Part shown: one piece after another, positions 1 to 14,149 of the stretch
How the letters are laid out: every line of letters starts with the position of its first letter
Numbering within the stretch: the first letter of the stretch is position 1
Assembly: GCF_030684315.1 (NCBI RefSeq)
Contig: NC_081361.1
Location: 32,043,861 to 32,107,860 of the forward strand
DNA from: Stegostoma tigrinum
Taxonomy: Eukaryota
DNA: 64,000 nt
Direction of reading: 5' to 3'
Made by a program: the position numbers and the translations under genes
The notes under the pieces: generated by a model
Seen by the model: the letters and a program-made list of their open reading frames with translations, nothing else
The model's database searches: none
What the model was told of the DNA's origin: nothing

Positions 1-910
1 AATTTCTCAGGGTAGTTTTCCGGACCTACCATCTTCAGATGTTTCATCAATGACGTTTCCTCCATCATAAGGTCAGCAGTGAGGACATTTGCTGATGATT
101 GCACAATGTTCAATAGCTCACAGCCGCTCAGATACTGAAGCACACCATGTTCAAATTCAGTAAGACCGGGACAATACCCTGTTTTGGGCAGACTAGTGGT
201 ATGCAAAACCTGTCCAATGCAAATGTTAAGTAATGACCATCTCCAATAAGAGACAATCTAACAAAGGCTCCTTGACGTTCAGTGCTATTACTGAACCTCC
301 ACTATCAATATCCTAAGGTTATCCCTGACAAGAAACTCAACTGGACTCACAACAAAATTATAGTGGCTGCCAGAGAAGGTCAACATTGGGAATGCTGCAG
401 CAAGTAACTCACTTTCTGACTGAAAGCCTGTCCACCATCTACAAGGCACAAGTCAGAAGTGTGAAAGAGTACTCTCCACTTGCCTGGGTGAGTGCAGCTC
501 CAATACCATTCAAGAAGCTTGACACGATTCAGGACAAAGCAGCCCGCTTGATTGGCACCACATCCACAAGCATCCACTCCCTCCAATCAGTAACAGCAAT
601 GTTGAAGATTCTTACACAGCACTTTCCAAACCGACGACCACTTCCATCTAGAAGGCCTTCAGCAATAGATACATGGGAATACCACCACCTTTGCCTCCAA
701 GCCACTCATCATCATGGCTTGGAAATATATCTCCATTTCTTACTGTTGCTGGTTCAAAATTCTGGAATTCCTTTAGTAATGGCAATTGTCAGTAGACCAA
801 CAACATGCAGACTGCAGAGATTCAAGAAGGAAACTCACCATCACTTTCTCAGGGGCAACTAGGCACATGTAATAAATTCTGGCAAACCAGCGAAACCCAC
901 AACCCATGGG
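1..910 (+). mobile_element. 3' part of a CR1/L2-group LINE (RT C-terminus and 3'UTR)
   Basis: FADDCTMF near position 90; STIYKAQVRSV.EYSPLAW...LDTIQDKAARLI. Confidence 0.85.
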
Positions 911-2329
911 AGAAATTTTTAAAACCAGAACATGATCAATGTACAGAACAGGCTTCCAAACAGAGTAGCTGAGACAACACCATTGAATTATTTCAGTAAT
1001 AACTGGGATGTCTTACATGGAGCAGTGCCTGTAGGGATTTTCTGAATGAGTTGAATTGCTGGCCTTTATTTACTTTGTGAACTTGCCAACTTATGAGCCA
1101 ACTGCTAAAATGGACCATTGGGTATTTCAGTAATTCAGCACCTGAGATAAGTTAGCTTATCCAACTCTCTGCAAAATTTTGATTGTTATCAAAACAGATG
1201 TTTTAAGAATACATCACACCATCGAAAATATGTGAATACCACTACATTGTAAAACTGACTTTCGACAGATTGCATGTAATCAACTTATCTGATCATTTGA
1301 GATAATCCAGAAAACATCAAAACTAGAACGTAAATCAGTAATAGGTTCAACATAGAGCACCATGGATCAAAACAGGTCACTATGCTGGAAATCCCTGTAG
1401 CCAATATATTAATGCAACTTCTATGATAAGACATGGGGTGCATAACACACAGGTAAAAATAATGAGACACTGCTGAAAAGTAAGCATTGTACATACATGA
1501 TTTTTTTTTCCTCCACTTTCACTTCAATGGACTAATTATTACCAATCTTGAGAAACAAACAAGCAACATCAGTGAATTTGGAAATTAAAAAGGATCAGGC
1601 CATTGAAGAGGTTTTTTTTAAAATCACAGCCACTTAGCTTGCGTGTGTGCTGCCCTCATGTGGAAATTATTGCTTCTTTTGAAAAGAAAGGATGCTGCTT
1701 GGCACAAATTATCGTGGAAAATATGAAAGCGATGTCATTTTATTAAAATGATTAACATATTCATTTTAATAAAATTCATTTTCATTATACGTTCAGAATA
1801 GCAGACTGGACATAGTCTTTACTACCTTTTAACTTCAGTCTTCTACGCAAGCTCAACAGCTACATTTCCAATGCAGCAAAACTGGCAAAAGTACTTTGCA
1901 GGAGCATTATCAAACAAAAGCTGACAGAGCTATTTAAGGAGATATTAGGACATATAACTGAATGCTTGGACAAAGAGGCAAGTTTTTCAGTAGCTTCAAA
2001 GAGGGGGACGGTAGAGAGGTTGGTAGGTTTTAGAAGAGGATTTCAGTGCTTACAGTTGAAGCAGCAAAAGACATGGCCGCCCAATGGTGAAGTGATTAAA
2101 ATGAGATGCACAAAAGGCCAGAGATGGATCTCAACACTAGACCATGTTCCCTCACTACATGCGCCTTGATCATCACGCTTCTGCATGACCTCTGCCTCTG
2201 GAAGCCATGTATTGAGAGAAAAGTGCACACTCTTTACAGGCTTTATCAGCTGTTGCATCATGTTTCAGTTTGGGCCAAATGGGCTATTATTGCAGGATAA
2301 AGTAAGTTTTGCGGTGATGATGCAAACAA

Positions 2330-4182
2330 ATGAGAAATATACCAGGTAGGAAATCGCCTGAGTCTGATCAAGTCCATCCTGGGACATTGTGGGAGGCTAG
2401 GGAAGAAAGTGCAGAGGCCCTGCAGAGATTTTTGCTTCATTTTTGGCCACTGGTGAAGCTCTGGAAGACTAGAAAGTGGCTAATGTTATTCCATTCTTTA
2501 AGAAAGGTAGCAAAGACAAGCCAGGGAACTACAGGCCAGTAAGCCTGGCATCAGTGGTAGGTAAGTTGTTGCAGAGGAATCTAAGGGACAGGATCAACCA
2601 ACATTTGGATAGTCTAGGTCTGATTATGAATAATCAGCATGGATTTGTGCACGGGAAGTCATGTCAGACAAATTTTTTTAGAGAGTTTTTCGAAGAGATA
2701 ACCAAGAGGATGGATGAGGATAGGGCAGTGGATGTTGTCTATATGGACTTTATTAAGGCCTTTGAACAAGGTCCCACACAGCAAGTTAGTCATGAAAGTT
2801 AGGTCGCATGGGATCCAGGGAAAGTTAGCTAATTGGATTCAAAATTGGCTCAATAGTAAGAAGCAGAGGGTGATGGTTGAAGGTTGTTTCTCAGACTGGA
2901 GGCCTGTGACCAGTGGTGTGCCACAGAGGTCAGTGCTGGGATCTTTCATGTAAATAACAAATAACAATGATCCGGATGTGAGTGTACAAGGTGTGATTAG
3001 TAAGTTTGCGGATGATGCAAAGTAGGTGATGTTGGAAGCAAAGAAGATTACCAAAATTACAGAAGTTGTCCACGTGTGGAATGAACAGCCAGAAGTAGTG
3101 GACGATATGGGCACAGTTACAACGTTCAAAAGACATTTGGATAAGTACACAAATAAGAAATGTTTGGAGAGATATGGGCCAGGAGCAGGCAGGTGAGACT
3201 AGTTTAATTTGGGATTATGGCCTGCATGGACTGATTGGATCAAAAGGTCTGTTGCCGTGCTGAATGACTCTATCTTGATCAAACAGGGAGGAAGTGGGCT
3301 GAAGAGATAATGGGAACTGCAGATGCTGGAAGGGTCTAGGCCCGAAACGTCAGCTTTTGTGCTCCTGGGATGCTGCTTGGCCTGCTGTGTTCATCCAGCC
3401 TCACATTTTATTATTATGGAAGTGGGCTGAAGATTGGCAAATACAATTCAACACAGATAAATGCGAGGCATTGCATTTTAGAAAGTCAAACTAAAGTAGG
3501 ACTTATACAGTAAACAGTAAGGTCCTGAGAAGTGTTGTAGAACAGAGGGGCCTAGAAGTATAAGTACACAGTTCATTGAAAGCAGCATCACAGGAGGACA
3601 GGGTGGTGAAGAAAGCATTTAACATGCTGGCCTACATAGTCGAGGCATTGAGTTATAGGAGTTGGGACGTCATGTTACAGCTGTATAAGTTATTGGTGAG
3701 GTTGCACTTGGAGTATTGTGTACAGGTTTGGTAACCCTGTTATAAGAAAGACATAGTTAAACTGGAAGATTTACGAGGATGTTGCCAGGACTGGTAGGCC
3801 TGAGTTATAGGGAGGGGTGACCTTACTGAGGTGAATAAAATCATGCGGGGCGTAGAAAGGATGAATGCATATTGTCTTTTTTCCAGGGGTGGGGAAATGA
3901 AAACTAGAGGGCATGGGTTTAAGGTGAGAGGGGTAAAATTTAAGAAGGACCTCAGGGGCAGCTTCTTCACAGTGTTGCAGATATGGAATGGGCTGCTGGA
4001 GAAAGTGGTCAAAGCAGGTACAACAGCAACATTTAAAAAAAGATTTAGATAGGTACATGGATGAGAAGAGCTGAGAGAGAAATGGACCAAATGCCGGCAA
4101 TTGGAACGAGCTAAGTGGGCACCATAGTCAGCATTGACTAGTTTGGGTTGAAGGACCTATTTCCATGCTTTACTACTCTATG
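2330..4182 (+). mobile_element. CR1/HER1-type LINE RT region with nested insertions
   Basis: ANVIPFFKKGSKDKPGNYRPVSL, QHGF, VDVVYMDF, SGVPQRSVLG, KFADD and CR1 3' end. Confidence 0.92.
3306..3417. mobile_element. Minimal inverted PLE-end insertion inside a CR1 LINE, 16-bp TSD
   Basis: TSD ggaagtgggctgaaga at 3290-3305 and 3418-3433. About 25 nt of reversed 3' tail is joined to about 90 nt of the opposite orientation. Confidence 0.85.
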
Positions 4183-5859
4183 AAGTGTTAAGCTACGTAT
4201 TACAGAACTAGAAACATAACAGGCTATTGAGCTCATCAAGTCCACTTGGACTCTCTGCAATGGCAGCTCCGTTCGTCCCACTCCTCTGTCTGTTTTCTGT
4301 AGGTCTGTGGTTTTTGTTCTTTGTTTGCTTATCTAATAGCCTCATGCAGGATGAAGACAAATTGTCGAAAATGCTGCTAACCCCACATCCAATATCTGAG
4401 CAATGCAGGCTAACCAGGGGCTCCAAAGACAAATTGCAACCACAGAAGTGACCTCCTGTGTTTCCACACCTGAAAGCAGACAGCAACATTCTGGAGGTTC
4501 TACAGGCATGGGCCCAGAGGCAAATCTGCAGCATGACCAGCAGCACAGTGATGTGATGGATACAAGGTGAAGCGATAATTATGGGTAATGACCCTGGAAC
4601 ATTTCAAAAGTGACCAAAAATATACAACCACCATGTAGAATGGGAAAATTAATTTCCATTCACAACTGTAAAAGATAACAGCAGTTGCCTTAAATGTCAC
4701 CAAACTTTTTCAGGAAATAGAAAGGCGAATTTGGAACAACACAACACAGTAATAAACAGTGAGTGAATTTAATGATGGGTTTTCCCTGAACAGTATGCTT
4801 CAGATGAACAAAGTTATTGGGCTGTTGCCCTTTGAAAGCTCAGCAGTCATGTTTTTCTAAACCGGCATCAAAAGGTAAGGCTTGAATGGATGAATCAATT
4901 CACGTTTGCCACCTACTGGCAAAACACAAGATCATTTACAGATGGTGAAGGAATTACACGGAATGTCCGAGGAATGGTGAATGGTGTTGAATATTGTGCA
5001 ATTAAAGAATATCCCCTCTCCTGTCCTCATAAAAAATGGAAAGTAAATGATAAAGTAGCTTAAGATGGTTGGTCCTCGGACATTATCCTGAGGAACTCCT
5101 GTAATGAACTGGGACTAAGACAATTGACCTCCAACAACCACAACATTTTCGTCTAAGCTAGCTAGGCATAACTCCAACTTTCAGTCAGTTTTCACTCTAG
5201 GTTCTTTCTGGTTCCAGCTTTGCTTGGGTTCCTTGATGCCATACACAGATAAATACTGCCTTCATGTCAAGGCCAGTAATGCTCAGTTCACCTCTGGAAG
5301 TCAGCTCTTTGACTTTGAAGGCCATAATGAAGTCAAGATATGCGTGGCCCCCAAGGAAGCAACCCTGAGTGACAAGGAACAAATTGTTGCTGCTTAAGTG
5401 TCACTTGATAGCACTACCAATGACCCTTTCCATCATTTTACTTCCAATCAACAACATAATGATAGGATTGTACTTGGCTGGCTGCATATGTCATACTTCT
5501 TGTGGACAGAGGAAACCTGTGCAATTTCGCACATTACCTGGTAGATGCTGGTATTATAATGGTGTTGAATCCTGAAGGCTAAATTAAACTTGGACATTAT
5601 AGGGTGGAACAGTTGAGGTGCAGTGACAGACCTTAAAGCAATATTTCATCACTCTCAGCAATAATATATTCCACAAAGAAACACTCAGGAGATGGATGCT
5701 AACTAAAGGAGTTAGGGATAAATCAAATTGAAAATATAAGTGTACAATTCTGCAACGGCTTGTGATAGGTTTATAAACATTTTAGAAAGGATGACTTTAA
5801 GAAAAGTTAATGTATTAGAGAAAGCTAGTGAGAAATATTTTTTAAAAAGTGAGAACTTC

Positions 5860-5990
5860 CCATTTCTGAAGAAGGGTTCCAACCCGAAATGTCAGCTTTC
5901 CCGCTCCTCTGATATTGTCTGACCTGTTGCGTTCCTCCAGCTCCATACTGTGTTATCTCTGACTCCAGCAATGGCAGTTTTTAGTATATG
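5860..5990 (+). mobile_element. Single-orientation PLE-end insertion (second subfamily), 12-bp TSD
   Basis: TSD agtgagaacttc at 5848-5859 and 5991-6002; starts at ctgaagaagggttccaacccgaaatgtc. Confidence 0.8.
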
Positions 5991-6279
5991 AGTGAGAACT
6001 TCAACTTGTATTTAAAAAGGTATAGAGTAACAAATATGAACATTGGTCCTGTAAAGAACAAGGCTGAGGGATTAGTTATGGAAAGTAAGGAAATGGTAGA
6101 AGTATTCTACAGATACTGAGCTGTCTTCTCTGTAAAAGTTCCAAATAACATCCTAAAATACTTGTAACTCGTGGTGAAATTGAGGGAGAAACTTATAACA
6201 ATTACAATCACCAGGGAAAGGTCCTGAGAAAACTATTAGAACAAAAGGCTGACATGTGCCTTGGACCTGATGGTCCAGG

Positions 6280-7060
6280 GTCATCACCTTAAGATTATGC
6301 CCCCTCATGACAATCATTTCTACCCCAGGGAAAAGTCTCTGGCTACCCACTCCGTCTATGCCTTTCAACATCTTGAGTACGTCTCAGCCTTCTTCGCTTT
6401 AATAAAAGCCCTAGCTCCCTCAACCTCTCCTCATTAAGATCTGCCCTCCATTCCAGGGAGCATCCTGGTAAATCTTCTCTGCACCTTCTCTAAAACTTCC
6501 ACATCCTTCCCATAATGAGGCAACCAGAATTGACCACAGTGGTGGCACACAGTGGCACAGTGGTTAGCACTGCAGCCTCACAGCACCAGGGACCCAGGTT
6601 CAATTCCAACCTCAGGCGACTGTCTGTGTGGAGTTTGCACATTCTCCCTGTGTCTGCGTGGGTTTCCTCCGGGTGCTCAGGTTTCCTCCCGCAGTCCAAA
6701 GATGTGCAGGCTAGGTGGATCGGCCATGCTAAATTGCCCATAGTGTTCAGGGGTGTGTGGGTTATACGGGGATTGATCTGGGTGGGATGCTTCAAGGGGC
6801 GGTGTGGACTTGTTGGGCCGAAGGGCCTGTTTCCACACTGTACGGAGTCTAATCTAATCTAGTCCAAGTGTTCTGTGACCGGAGTTTTATAGAGCTGCAG
6901 CATAACCTCACAGTTCTTAAACTCAATCCCCTGCCAATGAAAGCCAACAGACCAGACGCCTTCTAAACAACCCTATCAACTTAGGTGGCAACTTTAATCC
7001 TGCCGTTAACCTTGCATTCTGCATTCAAATTTGACCTTCCAAAATGAACCACTTCACACT
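6280..7060 (-). mobile_element. CR1 LINE fragment interrupted by a SINE
   Basis: Reverse strand gives MLKGIDGVGSQRLFP and other CR1 C-terminal motifs. Confidence 0.75.
6541..6861 (+). mobile_element. HE1-like tRNA-derived SINE (V-SINE type)
   Basis: A/B-box head (tggcacagtggttagcact...ggttcaattcc), central ttctccctgtgtctgcgtgggtttcctcc, LINE-like tail ending (aatct)n. Confidence 0.9.
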
Positions 7061-8989
7061 GGCTGCAGCACAGAGGGATCTGGGTATCCTGTTATACGTA
7101 ATTATAAAATGTTGTTACACAGGTACAGCAAGTGATTAGGAAGACAAATGAAATATTTTAAATTGCATTCACTTTGCAATATAAAATCAAGACATTTTGT
7201 TTCAGTTGTACAGGGTATTTGAGGGATCACATTTGGGGTACTATGTTTTAGTCTCCTTAGGTATCATTTGCATTCGAAGATGTTCAAGGAAGGATCACTT
7301 GGTGGTATCTTACATGAACCAGATGTATTACAAGATTAGACAGTTTGGGCAATTATCCTTAAATAACTCAGACTGATGTCCTCTTTCCTTCCCTTAATTA
7401 TCAGGCTTGAATAGAATGTCCAACTGAACTGACTCTAACCTCTTCATTCCTTTAAAGGCCTCAATTAAATTTTCTCAAAATCTGTTTTTGCAGAGTTAAA
7501 GGTCCCAGAGGTCAGAGTCGAAAATTAGTTCCTGTATTTCTGGAGTTGAAGTCCTTCCAAAACTTTCTACCTTTTCAGGTACAGTTAATGTCTACCTCTC
7601 CGATGCCATTGTTATATCTTATCGAGTCAAGTACAACTTTGCATTGATATAGTGCCTTTAATGTTTTAATCCATAAAGCTTCAGAGCAACAATTAGAAAA
7701 TGAGATCTGACACAAAGCTAAGTCTAAAGATATTAAGACTGTTAGCCAAAAGCTTAGGCAAAGAACAGCAGCAAGAAATTGAAAGGCACAAAAACAATGT
7801 CAAAACACTGTCAAAGGTAGAAGAAAGCAAATTGAGCATTTGTAAGAGGCTGGAACTAGAAGTACACAAAGATCTTGGAGGGTTGTTGGTCTGGAAGAGA
7901 TTACAGCACTAGGTAATGTGATGGATGGATTTGAAAACAAACACAAACTTAAAAATAGAAGCACTGCTAAATATGACAAAAAACAATCCTACACTGCAAC
8001 ACTGAATCAGGAAATTACTCACTATACACAAACAGAAAACATACTGGCTAATAACATTTAAGTGGAGATTGTTTGGATTATATTCTTCTTTTGACATGCC
8101 CCCCCCTCCACCAATGCCATCAAGCTGGGAGGTAGTTTCTCCATATTGCAGTACATCTCTAATCCACTCACTCCCAACTGAGGTAATTTTATCCCACAGA
8201 TTATTTTTACACTTCCTCTAACCATCCCCTTTTGTCCCCCCACTTCTTCTGTCCCTCTGTCTTCTACTCTTCTTTATGGTCATCCTTGACCCCCTTCACT
8301 CCGAATTAATCCCCCCATTAGACTGAAGATAGCAATTGGTATTAACCACTCTTGTACAATAGTGCAGCACCATCTGCAACCGAGATAAAGAAATTGCGGG
8401 CACTGACACTGACAACTGAGAGATGGTCAGTGAAAGCCGTGACATCTGGAGACTGACTAAAAGGGCGCTGGGAGAGGGGAGACGAAACGAGAAACTTAAC
8501 TAGGTGAAAAGATGAGCCAACAAAACAGAGGCAAACAAATCCCATACTTTCTCAGCCTGCTGTCTTCTTCAACAGCAAATACTCCAGAGGCTGGCATGCC
8601 AGAATGGGGGTCCTGAACCACGCCAGGTAATGTTTAACATAGGTTAAATCATCTTGGCACAGACTGAAATGAAAGGCTGTCACAACACATGAAAATGAAA
8701 ATGAAACAAGAAAGAAAATCATGATTATATCTATCTGTTGGCATTATTTCCAGAGAAAACTATTATTAAATGTGGTGGTGTCTTGACATGCAGTGTGTTA
8801 GAAACAAGGAAAATAGCTAAACAGAGATACAAAAGGAAACTCTAAAGCTAGAAAATAAATGATTAAGCAAAGAATTTTGTGCAGATGATACTCGCTGTGT
8901 ATAACTTTTCAGTTTTATTGTGTTTTTCCAAGGAGAATTCTTTGAAGACTGGATGGTATATTCATTTTTAATTCATTTCTCTTCATAAA

Positions 8990-9302
8990 ATCATAGAATC
9001 CCAACAGAGTGGAAGCAGGCTATTTGAGTCCACATTGGCCCTCCAAAAAGCATCCCACCTGGGCCCATTCCCACGCACCTAACCTTCACAGCCCTGAACA
9101 CTTCAGGCAATTTAGCATGGCCAATCCACCTAGCCTGCACATCTTTGGACTATGGGAGGAAAGTGGAGCAGCCAGCAGAAGCCCACGCCGACACAGGGAG
9201 AATGTACAAACTCCACACAGATAGTCGCCCAAGGTTGGAATCGAGCCCAAGTCCTTGGCACTGTGAGCCAGCAGTGCTAACCACTGAGCCACTGTGCCAC
9301 CC
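8990..9302 (-). mobile_element. HE1-like SINE
   Basis: Reverse complement of the same head, core and tail. Confidence 0.88.
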
Positions 9303-10684
9303 TCTTGAAATGAAACAAATTACAGGACATTCCATGGTATTTTTAGGCTTTGATTTTATTGAGTCCATTCTAACAGCTTATGCTGCAAGTGTAAATTTGT
9401 AGTTAGTAACTACCATCTACTGATCTGAATGAGGCAGTAATTAATAAGATTGAAATGGAACTAATTATGGCGTGCAGGAACGTTCTATAATTTGTTACAC
9501 TCATTCATTGAAGATTGAAAAATGCAGAAGAAATTTATATTGCAAAGCAATGAAATAGACTGAAAAGATTTAAAAGCAAAATACCACTGAAATTGGAAAT
9601 CTGAAACCAAAACAAGAAGTGCTAGAAATACTAAGCAGTTCTGGCAGTGTGAGTGCAGATGGATTTCGTGTATCAAGGTAAATATAACTATTCTTCAGAA
9701 CCTAAGAAAGTGAACTTGATCCTTTAAAGAAATAAAGGATGAGAAGAGTCAAGGTCTAGACCTTAAAAAAGCAGGCAAGTATAATGTAAATGCCAGTTAA
9801 AAACTATTTTCACAGTCAAGGATCTACATTAAAAAACTGAAATAGCCCAATTAACATTAAGGATGAGAAAAATCTTTTTCTCTTCCTAGTTAATACGATA
9901 AACATAATTGCAACTGAAGACTGGGTAGTATACAATTTTAAATGATTACAGATATATCTACAGGTTGGATAAACCTATTAATGATTCTTGAACATGAAAT
10001 GATTATCTTGCAAATTTGGAGCGGCAGACATTGAAGTTCAATTGATGAGTGCAGAAATAATTTAAATGGATTTATTTTTTTAAAATATGCTTTTGATAAA
10101 TGTGATAATACAAATAAAAAGCTCAAAGAATGGAAATACGGAGAGGTTTTAAGAAGGAAAGACATACTGTTGTGCTAAAGACCTGTAGACCAAAAATTAG
10201 CTGTTCCTCAAGGCTAGTATTAATTATCATTCACCATTCATTAATTATCATTAACATAACAATGTAGAAGATTTTCCAAGCATTGTCAGCAGACCAAGTA
10301 AAAGCCTAATCTATCAAAAAAGAAATTATCTTTGCCCAGTTTCCTTTTAGTTCAGCAGAAAAATGGTGGAAAGGGCATTCAACAGTGCCATCTAGCAACA
10401 GCTACTCATCAATGCTCAGTAAGGTTCAATTAGAATCATTCACCTCCAGACGTCGATACAGTTGAGATCCAGATGTAGACACTAGGCTGAAATGCTAGAG
10501 GAAAGGTGAGAGTAGCTGCCGTCAGTATTAAGGCAGCCTTTGACAATGAAAGGCACCGGTGAAACTTAAAAAAAACTGACATCAGCAGGCGTTAAAAATG
10601 ACTGAAGTCATACCTCATGTAAGGCAAGATGGGGGTTGTTCTTGGCCATCACTGCCCAGGAAATCAGCGGAGCAGTTCCTTGGG

Positions 10685-11970
10685 TTAGTTGGTGGAAGTG
10701 ATTCTGAAAGACAGGACTTAGATGTATTTGGAGAGGCAAGGAATGATTAGGGTTAGTTGGCATGGTTTTGTGCAAAAGAAATTGTGTCTCAAAAAATTGT
10801 TTGAGTTTTTGAGGAAATAGCCAAGATGATTGACAAGGGCAGAACAGTAAACATTGTTTACTTGGACGTCAGTAAGATTTTGACAAGGTTCCACAGGGTA
10901 AAATTTAGATCACATGGGATTCAGGGTGAACTTGCCAATTAGATACAAAATTGGCTTATCAGGAGCTAAAGTAATGGTGCAGGGCTGTTTTTTGGACTGG
11001 AAGCCTGTGACCAGCGATGTTCCACAAGGATCAGTGCTGGGTCCACTTTTGTTTGTCTTTTGTATAAATGATTTGGATAAGAATATAGAAAGCATGGCTT
11101 AAGATTAGCACTATACTGGACAATGAAGAAGGTTATCTAAGTTTACAAAGAGTTCTTGATCAATTGGCTGAAGACTAGCAAATGGAGTTTAATTTGGGTA
11201 AATGCAAGGCATTGCATTTTGGTAATACAAACAAAGGCAAGGCTTGTACAATTAAAAATAGGGCCATGGGCAATGTTGTAGAACTGACAGACCTGTGGTT
11301 CAGGTATATAATTTTTTGAAGTTTGCTTTGCATATACATAGGATGGTTAAGATGGTACATGCTTGCCTTCACTGCTCAAACTTTTGAGTCTAGGAATTGG
11401 GACATAATGTTGAAGTTGTTCGGGACAATGGTAAGGCCTCTCCTGGAGAATATATGTCCAGTTCTGGCCTCACTGTTATAGGAAGGATATTGTTAAGCTG
11501 GAGAGGGTTCATAAGAGATTTACCAGGATGTTGCTTGGAATGGCGGGTTTGAGGAAAGACTGGATAGGCTGGGACTTTTTTCACTGGACCAAATGCGGTT
11601 GAGAGGTGACCTTATAGAGCTTTACGAAATCATGAGGAGTAAAGATAAGGTGAATGGCAGGTGTCTTTTTCCAAGGCTGGGGGATTTCAAGGCTAGGGGG
11701 CATATTTTTAAGGTGAGGGGAAAGATTAAAAAAGGCTTGAGGGGCAATTTTTCTGTGCGGCTCATGTGTGGAATGAGCTTCCAGAGGAAGTGGTGGATGT
11801 AGGTACAGTTACAATGTTTAAAAAACATTTAGATGAGTACATGAATAAGAAACGTTCGGAGGGACATGGGCCAAGCACAGGCAGGTGGAACTAGTATCGA
11901 TTGAGATTATGGGCGGTTTGGACTGGTTGGACCAAAAGGTGTTTCCATGCTGGATGACTATGACTCTGAC
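10685..11970 (+). mobile_element. CR1/HER1 LINE 3' portion
   Basis: WKPVTSDVPQGSVLGPLLF..INDLD; RLRGDLIELYEIM; typical tail. Confidence 0.9.
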
Positions 11971-12695
11971 AAGGATTTTAAGTGTGTGACAGAAGGTGCA
12001 AAAAGATGAGAAGCTCAAAGGGAGATACTGCATGAGCGGAGTTGGAGACTAACAATGTAATTATTGGTGATAGGGGCCGCACCACCATTGTGTCTGTTAG
12101 AAATGGGATAGGTGTCATTAACATTCGGCCATGTTTCTGTTGAGGCCACAATGTCAATGTAATTAAAATCGGATTGGAGTGCAGATGTACCTACTTCAAA
12201 CTGTGCAAGAGTAAGTGATAAACATTGTTTTATATTGAGGCATACGAGATCCTTGCTTTATATAAAATAAAGACTACTGAAAGCAAAGAGTTAAAGCCAC
12301 ACCTCAGGAACAGTATTAAAGCTTTGATGAGGGTGCAGAAAGTATGTTCCAAGACCATGCTGAGAGGAGTTAAATTTGTCCCTTTTCACCAGAATTGTGA
12401 AAGTCTGAAGAAAATGCAGAGCATGGCTGCAGTACAGAAAAAGCATTTGGCCAGTCAAATCAACGTAAGTCCTCTGCCCAAACTAGAAATAATACACCAG
12501 CAGAGGCTTACCCAGTGTTTTATGAAGGTTTTTCATAACTTCCATGCAGTATGTATCAATTTATAAAGGTGAGAATTCCATTTGCAGTTTTTGTCACTTT
12601 TTCAACCTGCTTTCCTACTTAAAACAATTTGCACTCTGGAGCACACCATAGTATACTTTCCTCTATCCAAAAGAAACAACTAAATACCACTACTG

Positions 12696-12914
12696 AGATA
12701 CTAAGATCTGCCAATGCTGGAGTCAGAGATAACACAGTGTGGAACTGCAGGAACATAGCAGGCCACGCAGCATCGGAAGAGCAGGAGAGTCCCAACTCAA
12801 AACATCAGCTTTTCTGCATTTCTGAAGAAGGGCCCTGACCCGAAACGTCAGCTTTCCTGTTCCCCTGATGCTGCCTGCCCTGCTGTGTTCCTCCAACGCC
12901 ACACTGTGTTGTCA
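12696..12914. mobile_element. Palindromic PLE-end insertion (second subfamily, CTGAAGA motif), 14-bp TSD
   Basis: TSD aaataccactactg at 12682-12695 and 12915-12928; motif ctgaagaagggccctgacccgaaacgtc. Confidence 0.85.
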
Positions 12915-13129
12915 AAATACCACTACTGTCGGCTTCAGGTCACTGAACAAATTTTGTACTTACGCTACCAGTGAAGGAGGAATTCAAAGACATGAACAGT
13001 TTTGGACATGCAAATATGACAAGCTACTAATCAGTGCATTGATAATTAGAAGCATAAAATTTAAGACCCCAATTAAAAATTGCCAGAGGTTGTAATTAAA
13101 ATAAATGCAGAGTATTGTTAGGAAACAGC

Positions 13130-13450
13130 TTAATTGGTAGCACCTTTTTCTAAGTCACAAGTTTACAGATTCAAGCTTAATTCAGGACTTGAACACAAAA
13201 TCCAAAACTTTTCGGCACTGCAGAACAGTGATGAGAGAGTGTTCCGCTATCAGAGGAGCCACCACGAACCTTCTTTTGCCCTCTCAGGTTCAAAGAAGAG
13301 CCAATATTTGCTGCTGCTGTCAGCTGGACCTTGCTGTACACAAATTGGCTGTTACTTTTTCCATATACCACAATGATTACAAAACATCTTATTCACTATA
13401 AAGCATTTTGAGATATCCGGTGCTCATGAAAGTTGCTAAATAAATGCCGG
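13130..13450 (+). mobile_element. Old Deu-domain-like (SacSINE1/AmnSINE-like) SINE
   Basis: tRNA-like head, ttgctgtacacaaattggctg block and L2-like tail; recognised from memory of the family. Confidence 0.55.
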
Positions 13451-14149
13451 TGTTTCATTTTTAAGGTCTATCAGACAGCAAGTGGCTTAAAGTCTGGCCT
13501 TCAAACTCAATATTTTTGTTTCAATGTTTCATACGCAAGAGCTCTAATTTTAAAAAATGTTTATACCTTATTTTCAACAAAACGTCAAATGCAGCAGAGA
13601 GCAGAATACACTATCCTGTTTTATTAAGGCAATCAATACTTAAAACAACCTCATGTAAGTGTTAAAGGCATCTAACATGTTGGCATTAGAAATGGAACTG
13701 AGCATTCCACAACCCAATGCTGTGAATTTTCAGATAGTGGTGAGAGAAACCGTAATAATTAAACTAACGAACAGGACTTCAAGATTCACAATCTCTTAAT
13801 TAGTATTTGAGCAATAAGCAAAATGGAGTTGGGTAAGTGTAATGTGGTGGTGAACACGTTGCTGAAAGAGCAGTGTGGAAAAAATGAGTTCTATTTAATG
13901 CCACACTCTTGCCAGCACTGGGTCAGGAAAGAACTACCACTGCGATGGGCCCAATGTTGAGACGCAGCCCCAGAAGGATAAAGCTGTCACTAGGATGTTG
14001 GTGGGGGAGTAATATGTTCAGGTCACAAGAAACAAATACTAGGAAAGAGGGTTGATTAAATATCAGAAATTCTGCTTCAGGTACAATAGGCAATGGAAAA
14101 ACCAGGTGAAAAGATTAAGCAACTTGTGAGTAAAAATTTAGAACAGAAG

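Noticed and set aside
6541-6615. tRNA gene (also at the other SINE heads)
   Set aside because: A/B boxes continue into SINE core and LINE tail; no complete cloverleaf.
12225-12566. 113-aa ORF (and similar 60-130 aa ORFs in unique sequence)
   Set aside because: Non-ATG start, no recognisable homology or splice structure; consistent with chance or decayed TE.
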